A DNA stretch of 64,000 bases from Candidatus Eiseniibacteriota bacterium (GCA_963762255.1 CAVXKA010000002.1:640001-704000); one strand, 5' to 3'; positions 1 to 10,325 are shown, numbered from the stretch's first letter. Notes: generated by a model not told the origin, from the letters alone. A program made the numbers and translations.

Positions 1-1
1 G

Positions 2-115
2 GCCCTGATTACGGCAAAGGTGCCCACCCTCTACGTCATCATCGCCTGCATCATCCTGCTCGGCATTGGGATCATGACCGGCGTGAGTAAGACCCGGACC
101 AAAGACCACTCCTAG
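2..115 (+). CDS. 3' end of a membrane protein (partial)
   Basis: Frame from base 2 reads ALITAKVPTLYVIIACIILLGIGIMTGVSKTRTKDHS* (hydrophobic helix, TAG 113-115). Confidence 0.6.
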   Translation, partial: ALITAKVPTLYVIIACIILLGIGIMTGVSKTRTKDHS

Positions 116-190
116 CAGATTCCCAGGTAGAGATCCGGGTTCTCGCGACGATCTGGTACGATGAGACATGCAACACCCCGAGGTGAATTC

Positions 191-826
191 ATGAATCGAG
201 CTCTTCGTGCCGTCACGCTTCTTTGTGCCTGCGCGATCCTCTCCGGCGCTGCCATGGCCTGCGGCGTCCAGGAGCCATCCCAAGAGGCCGCCAGGCAGCC
301 TGCCTCCCCCACCCACACGGCGTCCTCGGACACGGCGGGGGCCCCGGCGACCAGCTTCTACGACTTGCGTACGCGCACTCTGGAAGGGGAACCCGCCGAT
401 CTTGGGGCCTATCGAGGCCGGGTGGTGCTGGCTGTCAACGTCGCCAGCAAGTGCGGCCTGACCCCGCAGTACGAGAGCCTTGAGGCGCTGCATCGGGAGC
501 TCGCCCCCCGCGGCTTCAGCGTGCTTGGCTTTCCCAGCAATGACTTCCTGAATCAGGAACCCGGCAGCCCCGAGGAGATCCGCGAGTTCTGCTCCACCCG
601 CTTCGACGTGACCTTTCCCCTGTTCGAGAAGATGAAGGTCAAGGGGGACGACAAGTCGGAGGTCTACCGCTTCCTGACCGCGCGGCACCCCGAGCCGGAC
701 TGGAATTTCACCAAGTACCTGATCGATGGCGAGGGGCACGTGGTTCAGCGCTTTTCGCCCCGTACCACGGTGGAGGACGCCGAGGTGCGCCGGCAGATTC
801 TGGCGCTCTTGGACCAGACCAAGTGA
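191..826 (+). CDS. Cys-type glutathione peroxidase, probable lipoprotein
   Basis: VNVASKCGLTPQY, LGFPSNDF..QEPG and WNFTKYL motifs; GAGGTG RBS before ATG 191; TG-N-TACGAT extended -10 at 154-162. Confidence 0.92.
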   Translation: MNRALRAVTLLCACAILSGAAMACGVQEPSQEAARQPASPTHTASSDTAGAPATSFYDLRTRTLEGEPADLGAYRGRVVLAVNVASKCGLTPQYESLEALHRELAPRGFSVLGFPSNDFLNQEPGSPEEIREFCSTRFDVTFPLFEKMKVKGDDKSEVYRFLTARHPEPDWNFTKYLIDGEGHVVQRFSPRTTVEDAEVRRQILALLDQTK

Positions 827-1662
827 TGCGAGGCCGCGTGTGGCGCCTTCTGGTCGCCACCGCCGCGCTTGGATTCCACAGCGCGGTCGGAGCGGCCGCA
901 CCTCCTGACGCGGCACGCGGCGAACTCGTCGCCGCCACGCTCAACATCTGGCATGACCAGCAGGACTGGCCGGCGCGGATGGCGGTGATCCTCGACAGTC
1001 TGCGGGCATTGGACCCCGACGTGGTCTTCCTCCAGGAAGTCCTCGAAAAGGAGGGCCTGCCCAATCAGGCGGAGAGCCTGGCTGAGAGCCTCGGCTACAG
1101 GTTCGTTTTCGCCTCCGTCGATCCCCTCGGGGCCCCCAAGCGATACGGCAACGCGATCCTCACCCGACACCACATCGTCGGAACGCACGAGATCAAGCTG
1201 GAGCCGCTCGACGACTACAGGGTGGCCGCCCACGCCCGGCTGGATGTGGAAGGCCGGTTTGTGGATGCCTACGTGACCCATCTCCACCACACGCTTGAGG
1301 GAACCGCCATCCGGGCCAAGCAGGTCCGGAGCCTCCTCGCCTTCATGGACACCACGCGTGCTCCAGGAGCGTTGCTCCTCGGCGGTGACTTCAATGCCGC
1401 CCCGGACGCGCCGGAGTTGCAGCCCATCCTGGAGCGCTTCACGGACACCTACGCTCTCCTCCATCCGATCGCGACGGAGTCCCCCATCACCACGCTCAAC
1501 ATCGCCATGGGACATTCGCCTCGCCGGATCGATTACATCTTCGCCGGGCCGGATGTGCTGAGGGCGGTTGCCTCCGAGGTCTTTCTCGATGCGCCTGCGG
1601 CCGGGGAGGTCTGGGCGTCGGACCATTTCGGCGTCTGGACGCGCTTTGTGTGGGGCGATTAG
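826..1662 (+). CDS. Secreted endonuclease/exonuclease/phosphatase (EEP) family protein
   Basis: TLNIW, DVVFLQEV, THL, GGDFNA, RIDYIF, SDH motifs; signal peptide; TGATG overlap with gpx. Confidence 0.9.
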   Translation: MRGRVWRLLVATAALGFHSAVGAAAPPDAARGELVAATLNIWHDQQDWPARMAVILDSLRALDPDVVFLQEVLEKEGLPNQAESLAESLGYRFVFASVDPLGAPKRYGNAILTRHHIVGTHEIKLEPLDDYRVAAHARLDVEGRFVDAYVTHLHHTLEGTAIRAKQVRSLLAFMDTTRAPGALLLGGDFNAAPDAPELQPILERFTDTYALLHPIATESPITTLNIAMGHSPRRIDYIFAGPDVLRAVASEVFLDAPAAGEVWASDHFGVWTRFVWGD

Positions 1663-1706
1663 CCCCCATCCCCTCGCTACCTGTTCCATCTCACCCGAAG
1701 TACTTG

Positions 1707-1712
1707 TAGAAT
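1707..1712 (+). promoter_or_regulatory. Probable -10 box of the molybdenum hydroxylase operon
   Basis: TAGAAT in an AT-richer patch; favours the ATG at 1752 (GAGGAA RBS) over 1713. Confidence 0.4.
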
Positions 1713-1751
1713 ATGATCTTCACGAATCCCAGCTTGCGAGAGGAACCCAGT

Positions 1752-2585
1752 ATGATCGAGCAGTTCCACCGGCCCAAGACGGTTCGAGAGGCGCTCGCCC
1801 TGAAGGCGCGCTACCGGAACCGGGCCGCGTTTCTGGCCGGCGGCACCTACGTCAACTCCAACGAATCCGCCGATCCACCGGCGCACTGCATCAGCTTGGC
1901 GGCTCTCCCTCTCGGCCGCATCAAGGTCGAACCGGCCCGGTACACGATCGGGGCCCTCTGCACGCTCCAGCAGATCGCGGATGATCACAAGCTTCCCGAG
2001 GCGCTCAAGGACGCGGCGCGCCAGGTTGTCAGCCGCAACGTGCGCAACATGGCGACGATTGGCGGGCACGTCGCGCTCAACCCTTCCTACAGCGACCTAT
2101 TGCCACTGTTGGTGGCACTCGATGCGAAGGTCGGGGTTGCCGCCCGAGGCGCGACCAAGCTTGTGCCGATCGCGGACTTCGTCGCCAGGCCGACCCCGGG
2201 GCTCATCACAGGCATCGTCGTGCCGAAGCCGGCGCCTCGGCGGGTGTTCGCATGCCGGAACTTCCGAGTGTCCGCCAACGCGCGTTCTTTGGTCACGGCG
2301 GCGGTATCGATGTCGATTTCGGCGAAAGGCGTGATCGACCCGATCATCGCGGTGGGCGGTGTGTCGCCGCATGTCATCCGGCTGTCCGCGGTCGAGAAGG
2401 CGTTGGACGGCTGCCCGCTCCCGACATGCGCGGAGATCCAGGCACTCGTGAGCCGCTCGATTCATGTGCCGAGAGCAGGGAGGGCCGCGTCCGGCGGCAG
2501 CGCCGATCTCATCAGGCACGAGGCCGGTGCCGTGGTCGCTCTCGCTCTTGAAACGGCGGGCCGTGGCAAGCGAGGTGGCCGATGA
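1752..2585 (+). CDS. ygfM: Molybdopterin dehydrogenase FAD-binding subunit (YgfM-like)
   Basis: MIEQFHRP start, FLAGGT, RNMATIGG, SDLLP.L.ALDA; ATGA overlap with xdhD. Confidence 0.85.
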   Translation: MIEQFHRPKTVREALALKARYRNRAAFLAGGTYVNSNESADPPAHCISLAALPLGRIKVEPARYTIGALCTLQQIADDHKLPEALKDAARQVVSRNVRNMATIGGHVALNPSYSDLLPLLVALDAKVGVAARGATKLVPIADFVARPTPGLITGIVVPKPAPRRVFACRNFRVSANARSLVTAAVSMSISAKGVIDPIIAVGGVSPHVIRLSAVEKALDGCPLPTCAEIQALVSRSIHVPRAGRAASGGSADLIRHEAGAVVALALETAGRGKRGGR

Positions 2586-5461
2586 GGATCCAGGTCACCA
2601 TCAACGGAGCGCGCCGCGAACTGGAGGTCCAGCCGGGTGAGCGCGTGCACGACCTGCTGCGCCGCGAGAACGTTCTCTCCGTTCGTAACGGCTGCGATGG
2701 GCAAGGAAGCTGCGGCGCCTGCACGATCCTCCTCGACGGGCGCTCGGTCAACTCATGCCAGTTGCTGGCTCCGCAGGTGGACGGCAAGGTGATCGTGACC
2801 GCCGAGCACATGGCCAAGCACCGCGAGCTGTCCCCCATCCAGACCGCGTTCATCGACGCCGGCGTCGTGCAGTGCGGCTACTGCACACCGGCGATGCTGC
2901 TCGTCACCAAGGATCTGCTGGCGCGGCACCCCAACCCGACTCGCGAGCAGATGCGGGATGCATTCTCGGCGGTGTTCTGCCGGTGTACCGGCTACGAGCA
3001 GTTCTTCTCCGCCGTCGAGCTGGCCGCCCAGCGTCTCAAGGACCCGGCCCACGCCGCCGATCGCGGCCCCGAGTTCCGCGAAGATCTGCGGCTGGTTGGC
3101 AAGTCGGGCAAGAAGGTGGACGCTCCGCGACTGGTGCGGGGCGAGAAGGCGTTCGTCGAGGACATGATCTCGGCCGACACCTGCCATCTCAAGGTGATGG
3201 GATCTCCGCACGCGCACGCGTACATCAAGCGCATTGACGTGCGCCGCGCCGAGGCGCTCCCCGGCGTCGTGCTCGTCATCACGCATGAGAACTGCCCGGA
3301 CGTCTACTACAACCAGGCCGGGCAGGGTTTCCCCGAACCGTCCCCGTACGACCGGAAGATGTTCGGCAGGAAGGTGCGCCACGTTGGAGACCGCGTGGCG
3401 GCGGTCGTGGCCGAGACGCCGGAGATCGCCGAGGAGGCGCTGCGGCGTATCAAGGTCGAGTATGAGGTGCTCAAGCCCGTGCTCTCGATCGACGAAGCCG
3501 CCGCGCCGGGCGCGCCGCTCATACACAACAGCGTGCTCGAGTACGTGACGGGCGAGCCGGCCGGTCTCGACAACAGCAAGGCCGACCCGCGCGACGGGCG
3601 AATCATCTACCAGTTCCCGATTCACGCCGACCCCCGCCACAACATCGCGGCCAGCGTATCGGGCGGGATCGGGGACGTCGCCCGCGGGTTGTCCGAGGCC
3701 GAGGTCGTGCTGGAGCGCGAGTATGAGACCTCGCAGGTCCAGTGCACTCCCCTCGAACCGCACGTCGTCTACACGCGGATGGACGGCGACCGACTCGTGA
3801 TCCACGCTTCGACACAGGTCCCGTGGCACCTCCGTCGAATCGTCTCGCGGATCCTCAAGATCAGCGAGAATCAGGTCCGCGTGATCAAGGAACGCGTGGG
3901 CGGCGGTTTCGGCGCGAAGCAGGACATCGTCCTGGAGGAGCTGGCGGCCTACGCAACCTGGGTGACCGGACGGTCCGTCCTCTACCGCCTCACGCGCGAA
4001 GAGGAGTTCATCGCCTCGCGCACCCGCCACCCGATGAAGATCAAGGTCACTCTGGGCGCCAAGCGGGACGGCAAGCTGACCGCGATCGAGATGGAGGTCC
4101 GGGCCAACACCGGTCCTTACGGGGCGCACGCCCTGACCGTGCCGATGAACGCGTGCTCGAAGAGCCTGCCGCTTCTCCTCTGCGAGAACGTGCACTTCAA
4201 CGTGACGACCTACTACTCGAACATCCCGCCGTGCGGGGCTTACCAGGGCTACGGCGCGCCGCAGGGATCGTACGCGCTGCAACTGGCCTGCGCGGAGCTG
4301 GCCTCCGAGCTGGGCATGGATCACCTGGCGTTCATCGAGAAGAACCGCGTGCGCGAGGGGATGACCCTCGAGATCCTGCGTTGCCTGGGCGAGGGTCGCG
4401 AGGGCACCCCGCAGGCAGTCTCGAGCTGCGGCCTCGGGCCGGCGATCGAGCAGGGATCGGCGATGATCGAGTGGGGCAAGAAGGTGGAGACCACCGATCC
4501 GCACGTGCGAATCGGTAAGGGGCTGGCGATCATTCAACAGGCCTCGGGGCTCCCCGGAATCGACTCCGCCAACGCCACGGTGAACCTGCTCGGCGACGGC
4601 ACCTTCATGCTGCTGAGCGGCGGCACGGACCTGGGCACCGGGCTGGACACGCTCATCGTCAAACTGGTGGCCGAGTGCCTTTGCACCGGAATGCAGGACG
4701 TCTCGCTGATCGTAGCCGACACCGACGTGACGCCTTACGACGATGGCGCCTATGCCTCGAGCGGCACGTTCTTCTCCGGCAACGCGGCTCTCAACGCCGC
4801 TCAAGGGATGAAGCAGCGGATCCTGGAGACGGCGGCCAAGATGCTGGGCGAACCGGAAGAGGATCTGTCGCTCGTCTTCCCGTCCACGGTTCAGGGGCGC
4901 AAGGGTTCGGTGACCTACGCCGAGGTGTCGCGCTTCACGGTGTCGGGCACCGGCAGCGGCCAACTCACGAGTTCCGCGTGCTTCACAACGGACAAGGCCG
5001 CGTTCCCCTACGGAGCGCACTTCTGCCAGGTCGCGGTTCACATGCTCACCGGCGAGATCACGGTCCAGAAGTACTACGCGCTCCAGGACTGCGGAACGCC
5101 CATCAACCCCAAGCTGGCGCTTGGACAGATGTACGGCGGCGTGCTCAAGACGATCGGCCATTCCCTCTTCGAGGAGATGATCCTGGATGCGAAGGGGCGC
5201 TGCCTCAACGCGAACCTGCGCGACTACAACGTGCCGATGATCAATGACGTACCGGAGGACTTCCAGGTGGTGCTGATCGAGACCACCGATCCCTTCGGCC
5301 CGTTCGGCGGGAAGTCGGTGTCGGAGATCACCTGTAACGGCGCGGCGCCCTCGATCGCGGCGGCCATCCACGACGCCACCGGGGTATGGATACGGAGTTG
5401 GCCGTTCAGCGCGGAAAAGATCCTGGACGGATTGAGGCGCATGCGGGAGTCCTCCCGGTGA
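2582..5461 (+). CDS. xdhD: Fused 2x[2Fe-2S]/molybdopterin-binding hydroxylase (XdhD-like)
   Basis: GCDGQGSCGAC and QCGYC...CRCTGY Fe-S motifs; GGGFGAK, AYQGYG, FGGKSVSE; 959 aa. Confidence 0.9.
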   Translation: MRIQVTINGARRELEVQPGERVHDLLRRENVLSVRNGCDGQGSCGACTILLDGRSVNSCQLLAPQVDGKVIVTAEHMAKHRELSPIQTAFIDAGVVQCGYCTPAMLLVTKDLLARHPNPTREQMRDAFSAVFCRCTGYEQFFSAVELAAQRLKDPAHAADRGPEFREDLRLVGKSGKKVDAPRLVRGEKAFVEDMISADTCHLKVMGSPHAHAYIKRIDVRRAEALPGVVLVITHENCPDVYYNQAGQGFPEPSPYDRKMFGRKVRHVGDRVAAVVAETPEIAEEALRRIKVEYEVLKPVLSIDEAAAPGAPLIHNSVLEYVTGEPAGLDNSKADPRDGRIIYQFPIHADPRHNIAASVSGGIGDVARGLSEAEVVLEREYETSQVQCTPLEPHVVYTRMDGDRLVIHASTQVPWHLRRIVSRILKISENQVRVIKERVGGGFGAKQDIVLEELAAYATWVTGRSVLYRLTREEEFIASRTRHPMKIKVTLGAKRDGKLTAIEMEVRANTGPYGAHALTVPMNACSKSLPLLLCENVHFNVTTYYSNIPPCGAYQGYGAPQGSYALQLACAELASELGMDHLAFIEKNRVREGMTLEILRCLGEGREGTPQAVSSCGLGPAIEQGSAMIEWGKKVETTDPHVRIGKGLAIIQQASGLPGIDSANATVNLLGDGTFMLLSGGTDLGTGLDTLIVKLVAECLCTGMQDVSLIVADTDVTPYDDGAYASSGTFFSGNAALNAAQGMKQRILETAAKMLGEPEEDLSLVFPSTVQGRKGSVTYAEVSRFTVSGTGSGQLTSSACFTTDKAAFPYGAHFCQVAVHMLTGEITVQKYYALQDCGTPINPKLALGQMYGGVLKTIGHSLFEEMILDAKGRCLNANLRDYNVPMINDVPEDFQVVLIETTDPFGPFGGKSVSEITCNGAAPSIAAAIHDATGVWIRSWPFSAEKILDGLRRMRESSR

Positions 5462-6939
5462 TGAGTCCCCCGCGATTCGTCCTCTGCCGCGCGGATTTCC
5501 TGTTGCCGCTGGCGGCGCCGGATCGCACCGAGCGCATCGCCGACGGCTACGTCTTGAGCGAAGGCGAGACGCTGCGCGAGGTCGGCCGCTACACGCCCGA
5601 AATCGGTCGTCGCATCCGCGCGGCGTGCGGATCTGAACTGCTCATCCTGGGCGACGCCGCACCGGGCGACGACGTGCCGAGGATCAACGGCGTCCTCATG
5701 CCGTCGTTCGTCAAGGCGCACGGGCACGATCACGAACAACCGCTCATCGGCATCGCCAAGGACGAGCCGCTGACCGACTGGCTCGACCACGCGGTCAATC
5801 CCTTCACCGCGTTCATGAACACCCAGCACGAGCGCCTGTGCCGCGAGTTGGGCGACTCGCCGCACCTCATCACCTACCGGCTGGCGCGGCTCTGCGACAT
5901 CCACTACGGCATCACGACGAGCCTGGTCCACCACTGCAACTTCAACAAGCACCATGTCCGCGAGGTCGCGCAGGCCAACGAAGCCGCCGGCACGACCATG
6001 ATCGTGGGGATCGGGAGCCAGGACCGCAACTACGTGGCCGAAGCGCTGGATCGGCCGGCGGAGGCGATCGAGCGCCTCGACGCCGCGCTCACGATCCCCG
6101 GTCTGACGCGCACCACCTTCTGCCCCGGGCCGGATCAGTTCTTCTCCAACGGTCGCGAGATGCTCGTTCCGCTCAAGGCGTGGGCGCGCGCTCACGGGAC
6201 GCTCTTTCATATTCACAGCGCGGAGGAGCCGCTTACGACGCGCTGGTTCAGCGCGGAGGTCGAGCCGGGGCTGACCGAGGTCGAGTTCGCCGAATCGCTC
6301 GGGATCCTCGACGCCGATACGATGCTCGCGCACCAGGTGAACTGCGGGCCGCGAGACATCGAGATCCTGGCACGCACCGGCACCAGGATCGTGCACAACC
6401 CGCTGGCGAACACGATCCTCGGCTCGGGCATGCCACCGGTGATCGAAATGATGGCCGCCGGGGTCCTGGTGGCGATTTCGACGGACGGTTCAGGATCCGC
6501 GGACAACCAGAACATCCTCGCCGCCGCGCGACTCGCCGCGCAGTATCAGAAGGCGCTCCACCAGGACGCTACGCTCCTCAAGTCCCAGCAGCTCCTGGAG
6601 ATGATCACGAGTGTCCCCGCGAAGATACTGAGGCAGAATCAGGGCGAACTCGCTCCAGGCCGTCAGGCGGACTGGATCGTGATCGGGCTCGATCGTCCCA
6701 ACCTCACCCCCACCCGTCTCGACAACGTCGTCGAGAATCTGATCTGGGCGGCCGACGGGAGCGAGGTGGACACGGTTGTGGCGCGCGGGCGGGTACTCAA
6801 GAGGGACGGTCGGATTCAGTCGTTTGCCGACGGGTCCGATCCCACCGGGATCCGTTCAGCGGCGCAGCGGCTTTCCGAACTCTACGCCGAGCACCGGCGC
6901 ACCTCCCCGGAGCTGAGAGGCACGGGAGCCCACCGCTAG
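5461..6939 (+). CDS. Metal-dependent amidohydrolase (purine/nucleoside deaminase-like)
   Basis: AHGH, HIHSAE, LAH, HNP..N..LGSG, STDG motifs; TGATG coupling to xdhD. Confidence 0.85.
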   Translation: MSPPRFVLCRADFLLPLAAPDRTERIADGYVLSEGETLREVGRYTPEIGRRIRAACGSELLILGDAAPGDDVPRINGVLMPSFVKAHGHDHEQPLIGIAKDEPLTDWLDHAVNPFTAFMNTQHERLCRELGDSPHLITYRLARLCDIHYGITTSLVHHCNFNKHHVREVAQANEAAGTTMIVGIGSQDRNYVAEALDRPAEAIERLDAALTIPGLTRTTFCPGPDQFFSNGREMLVPLKAWARAHGTLFHIHSAEEPLTTRWFSAEVEPGLTEVEFAESLGILDADTMLAHQVNCGPRDIEILARTGTRIVHNPLANTILGSGMPPVIEMMAAGVLVAISTDGSGSADNQNILAAARLAAQYQKALHQDATLLKSQQLLEMITSVPAKILRQNQGELAPGRQADWIVIGLDRPNLTPTRLDNVVENLIWAADGSEVDTVVARGRVLKRDGRIQSFADGSDPTGIRSAAQRLSELYAEHRRTSPELRGTGAHR

Positions 6940-6943
6940 TCGG

Positions 6944-7516
6944 ATGAGCGTTACTGCAATCCTCCTGGCCGCCGGTTCCGCTCGTCGGTTCGGGAGCGAG
7001 AAGCTGCTTGCGCCCTATCGCGGACGACCGCTCTACGAGCATGCGCTCGAGGCGCTCAAGTCCTCGCCTGGCGTGGGCGAGATTCTGGTGGTCGTTCAGC
7101 TGGAGTTTCCGCTGCCACCCGAGCAGCCGCGCGTGAGATTCATCACCAACCCGGACCACAAAGAAGGCATGGCGTCTTCGCTGCGTACCGGCGTGCGGGC
7201 GGCGTCGGCGGGTACGGCGGCGTATCTCATCGCGCTGGCGGACATGCCGGGGGTCAGCGCGAATCTCATCGCCGCGCTCTTCGAGTTCCGTCGCGCGACC
7301 GGCGCACGGATTGTTGTACCGCGATACGAGGGCCGCCGAGGCCATCCGGTGCTCATAGACGCCGACTTGCGCGATGCGCTGCTCGCGCTTTCCGGCGATG
7401 TCGGCGCGCGTGAGATCATCGCCGCCCACCCGGAATGGGTCGGCAACTTCGAGACAAGCGACGCAGGCGTCGTCTTCGATGTGGATGATCCCAATGACCT
7501 CGCGTCCGATGGCTGA
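6944..7516 (+). CDS. mocA: Molybdenum cofactor cytidylyltransferase (MocA/YgfJ-like)
   Basis: ILLAAGSARRFG.EKL, EGMASSL, LADMP, GHPV, GDVGAR, DVD. Confidence 0.88.
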   Translation: MSVTAILLAAGSARRFGSEKLLAPYRGRPLYEHALEALKSSPGVGEILVVVQLEFPLPPEQPRVRFITNPDHKEGMASSLRTGVRAASAGTAAYLIALADMPGVSANLIAALFEFRRATGARIVVPRYEGRRGHPVLIDADLRDALLALSGDVGAREIIAAHPEWVGNFETSDAGVVFDVDDPNDLASDG

Positions 7517-7526
7517 GGGGGGTACC

Positions 7527-8339
7527 GTGCGGGAACGGATCGTGATCAAGGGAGCGGGAGAGCAGGCGTCTGCCACCGCCCACCGACTCTTCCGGTGCGG
7601 ATACCGGGTTGTGATGACGGACCTAGATCAACCGACCGCGGTCCGCCGCACCGTGTCGTTCTGCTCCGCCATCTACGAAGGCGAGATCGAGATCGAAGGG
7701 GTGCGCGGGGTGCGGCATCGTCTCGAAGACATCAACGCACTGTCGGACGCGGCATGGACTCACATCCCGGTGTTCGTCGATCCGGAGAGCACGCTCGTGC
7801 GGCGATGGCGACCCGAGGTGATCGTGGACGCGAGGCTCCTCAAACGGAACTTAGACAACCACCGTGATGACGCGCCCCTCGTGATCGGCCTCGGGCCCGG
7901 GTTGGAAGCGGGGCGGGATGTGCACTTCGCGGTCGAGACGATGCGGGGGCATGATCTGGGCCGAATCATCGCGAGCGGGTTCACTTCGAACGACACGGGC
8001 GAGCCCGGCGAGATCGGCGGGTATGGCCGCGAGCGCGTGCTGCGGGCTCCGGTTCAGGGGCTTTTCGCGAGCCCGCACGTGATCGGAGACCACATCGCGG
8101 CCGGGGAGGTCGCAGGAACCGTCGCCGGCGCGGAAGTTCGCGCCGAGATCCCAGGTGTGATCCGCGGCCTCCTCCGGCCCGGACTCAAAGTGGAAGCGGG
8201 CACGAAGCTGGCCGATGTTGATCCGCGCGATGATCCCACCCTCTGCTACAGGATCTCCGACAAGGCACGCGCCACCAGCGGCAGCGTTCTCGAAATCGTG
8301 GTGGCTCATGCCGGCCGGAAATCGCACTCCGATTCTTGA
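7527..8339 (+). CDS. yqeB: Selenium-dependent molybdenum cofactor biosynthesis protein YqeB
   Basis: IKGAGEQASA.AHRL, VRRTVSF, VDARLLKRN, IGLGPG, ETMRGHDLG, ERVLRAP, DVDPR, ISDKAR. Confidence 0.9.
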   Translation: MRERIVIKGAGEQASATAHRLFRCGYRVVMTDLDQPTAVRRTVSFCSAIYEGEIEIEGVRGVRHRLEDINALSDAAWTHIPVFVDPESTLVRRWRPEVIVDARLLKRNLDNHRDDAPLVIGLGPGLEAGRDVHFAVETMRGHDLGRIIASGFTSNDTGEPGEIGGYGRERVLRAPVQGLFASPHVIGDHIAAGEVAGTVAGAEVRAEIPGVIRGLLRPGLKVEAGTKLADVDPRDDPTLCYRISDKARATSGSVLEIVVAHAGRKSHSDS

Positions 8340-9090
8340 GGCCTTCTCCGCAAACGAGTTCCGCTACGTCCACCTGATCGGGGGCGGCGGCAAGACCAGG
8401 CTCATGTTCGCGCTGGCACACGCGCTTGCGGACACAGGGGCTACCGTCCTCACCGCCACGACAACGAAGATCTACGAGCCCGAGACGGAGGAATCGGATT
8501 GCGTCGTCTTCGAGTCCGATCGTGCGCGTCTCGTGAACCGCCTGCGCGCCGAGTTCGCCGTGCGCCGCCACGTCACCGCGGTCGCGGGGCCGGACGCGAC
8601 AGGGCGGAAACTCGAGGGGCTGGACGTCGCCGTGCTCGACGCCGTCGTGGACTCGCGCGTGGCCGATCACGTGTTGGTGGAGGCCGACGGCGCGGCGGGG
8701 CGATCGCTCAAGGCGCATGCCGATCACGAGCCTGTCATCTCCGCACGCGCCGATCTCGTGATCGCCGTCATCGGCGTGGACTGCCTCGGCTCGCCCATGG
8801 ATGATGAGTACATCCATCGCGCTGCGCTCTTCCGCGAGCGGCTGGGCCGCCCGGCGGAGGCGATTGTCACACCCGAGGACGTGGCCGCCATCCTGCTCCA
8901 TCGCCTTGGTTACCTGGCCCGCGTGAGTTCGAACACCCGCGTATTCGTCTTCATCAACAAGGCGGGGACGGCGCAGGCGCGCGAGCAGGCGCGGCAGATC
9001 AGCGCGCAATTGAAGCGGGACGATCGCGAGGGCCGCGTGAGCCGCATCGTCATCGGCGACGTGAGGGAGCGCGTGTTCGAGGAGACCTGA
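8308..9090 (+). CDS. yqeC: Selenium cofactor biosynthesis protein YqeC
   Basis: IGGGGKT, TATTTKI, LVEADGA.GRSLKA..HEPVI, FINK. Confidence 0.9.
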   Translation: MPAGNRTPILEAFSANEFRYVHLIGGGGKTRLMFALAHALADTGATVLTATTTKIYEPETEESDCVVFESDRARLVNRLRAEFAVRRHVTAVAGPDATGRKLEGLDVAVLDAVVDSRVADHVLVEADGAAGRSLKAHADHEPVISARADLVIAVIGVDCLGSPMDDEYIHRAALFRERLGRPAEAIVTPEDVAAILLHRLGYLARVSSNTRVFVFINKAGTAQAREQARQISAQLKRDDREGRVSRIVIGDVRERVFEET

Positions 9091-9135
9091 CCACCAGAAC
9101 GGCCGACCGATTCCCGAAAGCTCTCTCCGGAAGAT

Positions 9136-10065
9136 CTACTCCTCGGACAGCACGCGAACCGAGTCCCCCTCGATCTGCAGAACCTGGAGCGCGCCACCGT
9201 AGGCGGCCGACATCCCCACGTCGATACACCACACCTTGCCGTCGCAGTAGCTCGTGATGCCTTCCTCCTGAATCGAATGGCCGACGACCATCCGCTTGGC
9301 CGAGAGCCGGGAGAGCACGGTGCTCAGCGTGTCGCACGCTCCTTCACTCACATCTACCGAGTAGAGGCGTGTCCAGGTGGGACTGCAACATCCCTTGTGG
9401 GCCCACTCCGGATTGGGGCCCTCCCCGAGCATCCAGGCGCGGATCTCGGCGTTCACCGCATCCAACCCCTTGTCGACATGCTCCGGCAAGACACCTCCAT
9501 GGACGAAGACGTTGTCGCCGACCACGGTCACGGTGTTCCGCTCCGCGAGCACGCGGGCATAGGGCCCCCCGGGGCGAAACGCGGCGGCGCGGGGCCGCTG
9601 CGATTCGTCAAAGCGGAGCAGCACCGAATCTGCCTGCCCCACGGTCACCGCATCCCGGAAGTCCTCGAAGCCACCCGGCGTCGCGTAGCGCAGATCCAGG
9701 GCCACATTCATGAGCTCGTGGTTGCCGTTGAGAACGTGCACCGCTCCTCCGGCGGCGGCCGCCTCGCCGGCCAACCGGGTGAAGAGGTCGAGGATGGCTT
9801 GCTCATCGTCGCCGCGATCGAGCTGGTCCCCGGTCTGGACGACGACCAGATCGCCCCCGATCCACCGGTCCGTTTCATCGATGGCGCCCGCGAGTCGCAG
9901 CGCGCGCCGACACGCGTCGAGGTCACCGTGGAGATCGCCGATGGCGACGATCCGGGGCACTGCCGGGTAACGCGTGGGAATCGCGTCGCCGGCGATCGCC
10001 GGAAGCGCGGTGATCGACCCTTCGATCAGCAAGACAAGTAGCGACACCAGCCATTTCACCCGCAC
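9136..10065 (-). CDS. Secreted metallophosphoesterase (Shewanella-like PPP phosphatase)
   Basis: GDLHGD, GDQLDRG, GNHE, FVHGG, VGHS, IDVG motifs; signal peptide. Confidence 0.88.
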   Translation of the reverse strand: MRVKWLVSLLVLLIEGSITALPAIAGDAIPTRYPAVPRIVAIGDLHGDLDACRRALRLAGAIDETDRWIGGDLVVVQTGDQLDRGDDEQAILDLFTRLAGEAAAAGGAVHVLNGNHELMNVALDLRYATPGGFEDFRDAVTVGQADSVLLRFDESQRPRAAAFRPGGPYARVLAERNTVTVVGDNVFVHGGVLPEHVDKGLDAVNAEIRAWMLGEGPNPEWAHKGCCSPTWTRLYSVDVSEGACDTLSTVLSRLSAKRMVVGHSIQEEGITSYCDGKVWCIDVGMSAAYGGALQVLQIEGDSVRVLSEE

Positions 10066-10325
10066 CGTGCCCCCTAACTAAGAACTCATGAAAAGGTCTC
10101 CGCGCAGTTACCGCCGCCAATATAGCTGCAGGCAGGGCGCCCACCTCGCAGTAGCCCAGTGGGTCCGCAGAAGAGCATCATGATATGGTGCGGGCTCGTA
10201 GCCGACCCGTCTATGGAGGAATCCCATGCAAGAACTGGACATCCCTTCAGCTTCATACACCCGGCCACGCTGAGCGGGGCGTTGCGCCGACGCCGGCATC
10301 GAGATCCCCTATCCGTACCAGAACG

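Noticed and set aside
440-470. Selenocysteine in the glutathione peroxidase near the selenium operon
   Set aside because: The active-site codon is TGC (Cys); no in-frame TGA candidate noticed
2753-5371. Long antisense ORFs (also 18963-20927, 51627-54209, 58723-60870 and others)
   Set aside because: Shadow frames of high-GC genes with no recognisable motifs
10086-10299. Short Cys-rich ORFs between the phosphatase and mtfA
   Set aside because: No RBS, atypical codon usage and no recognisable motif
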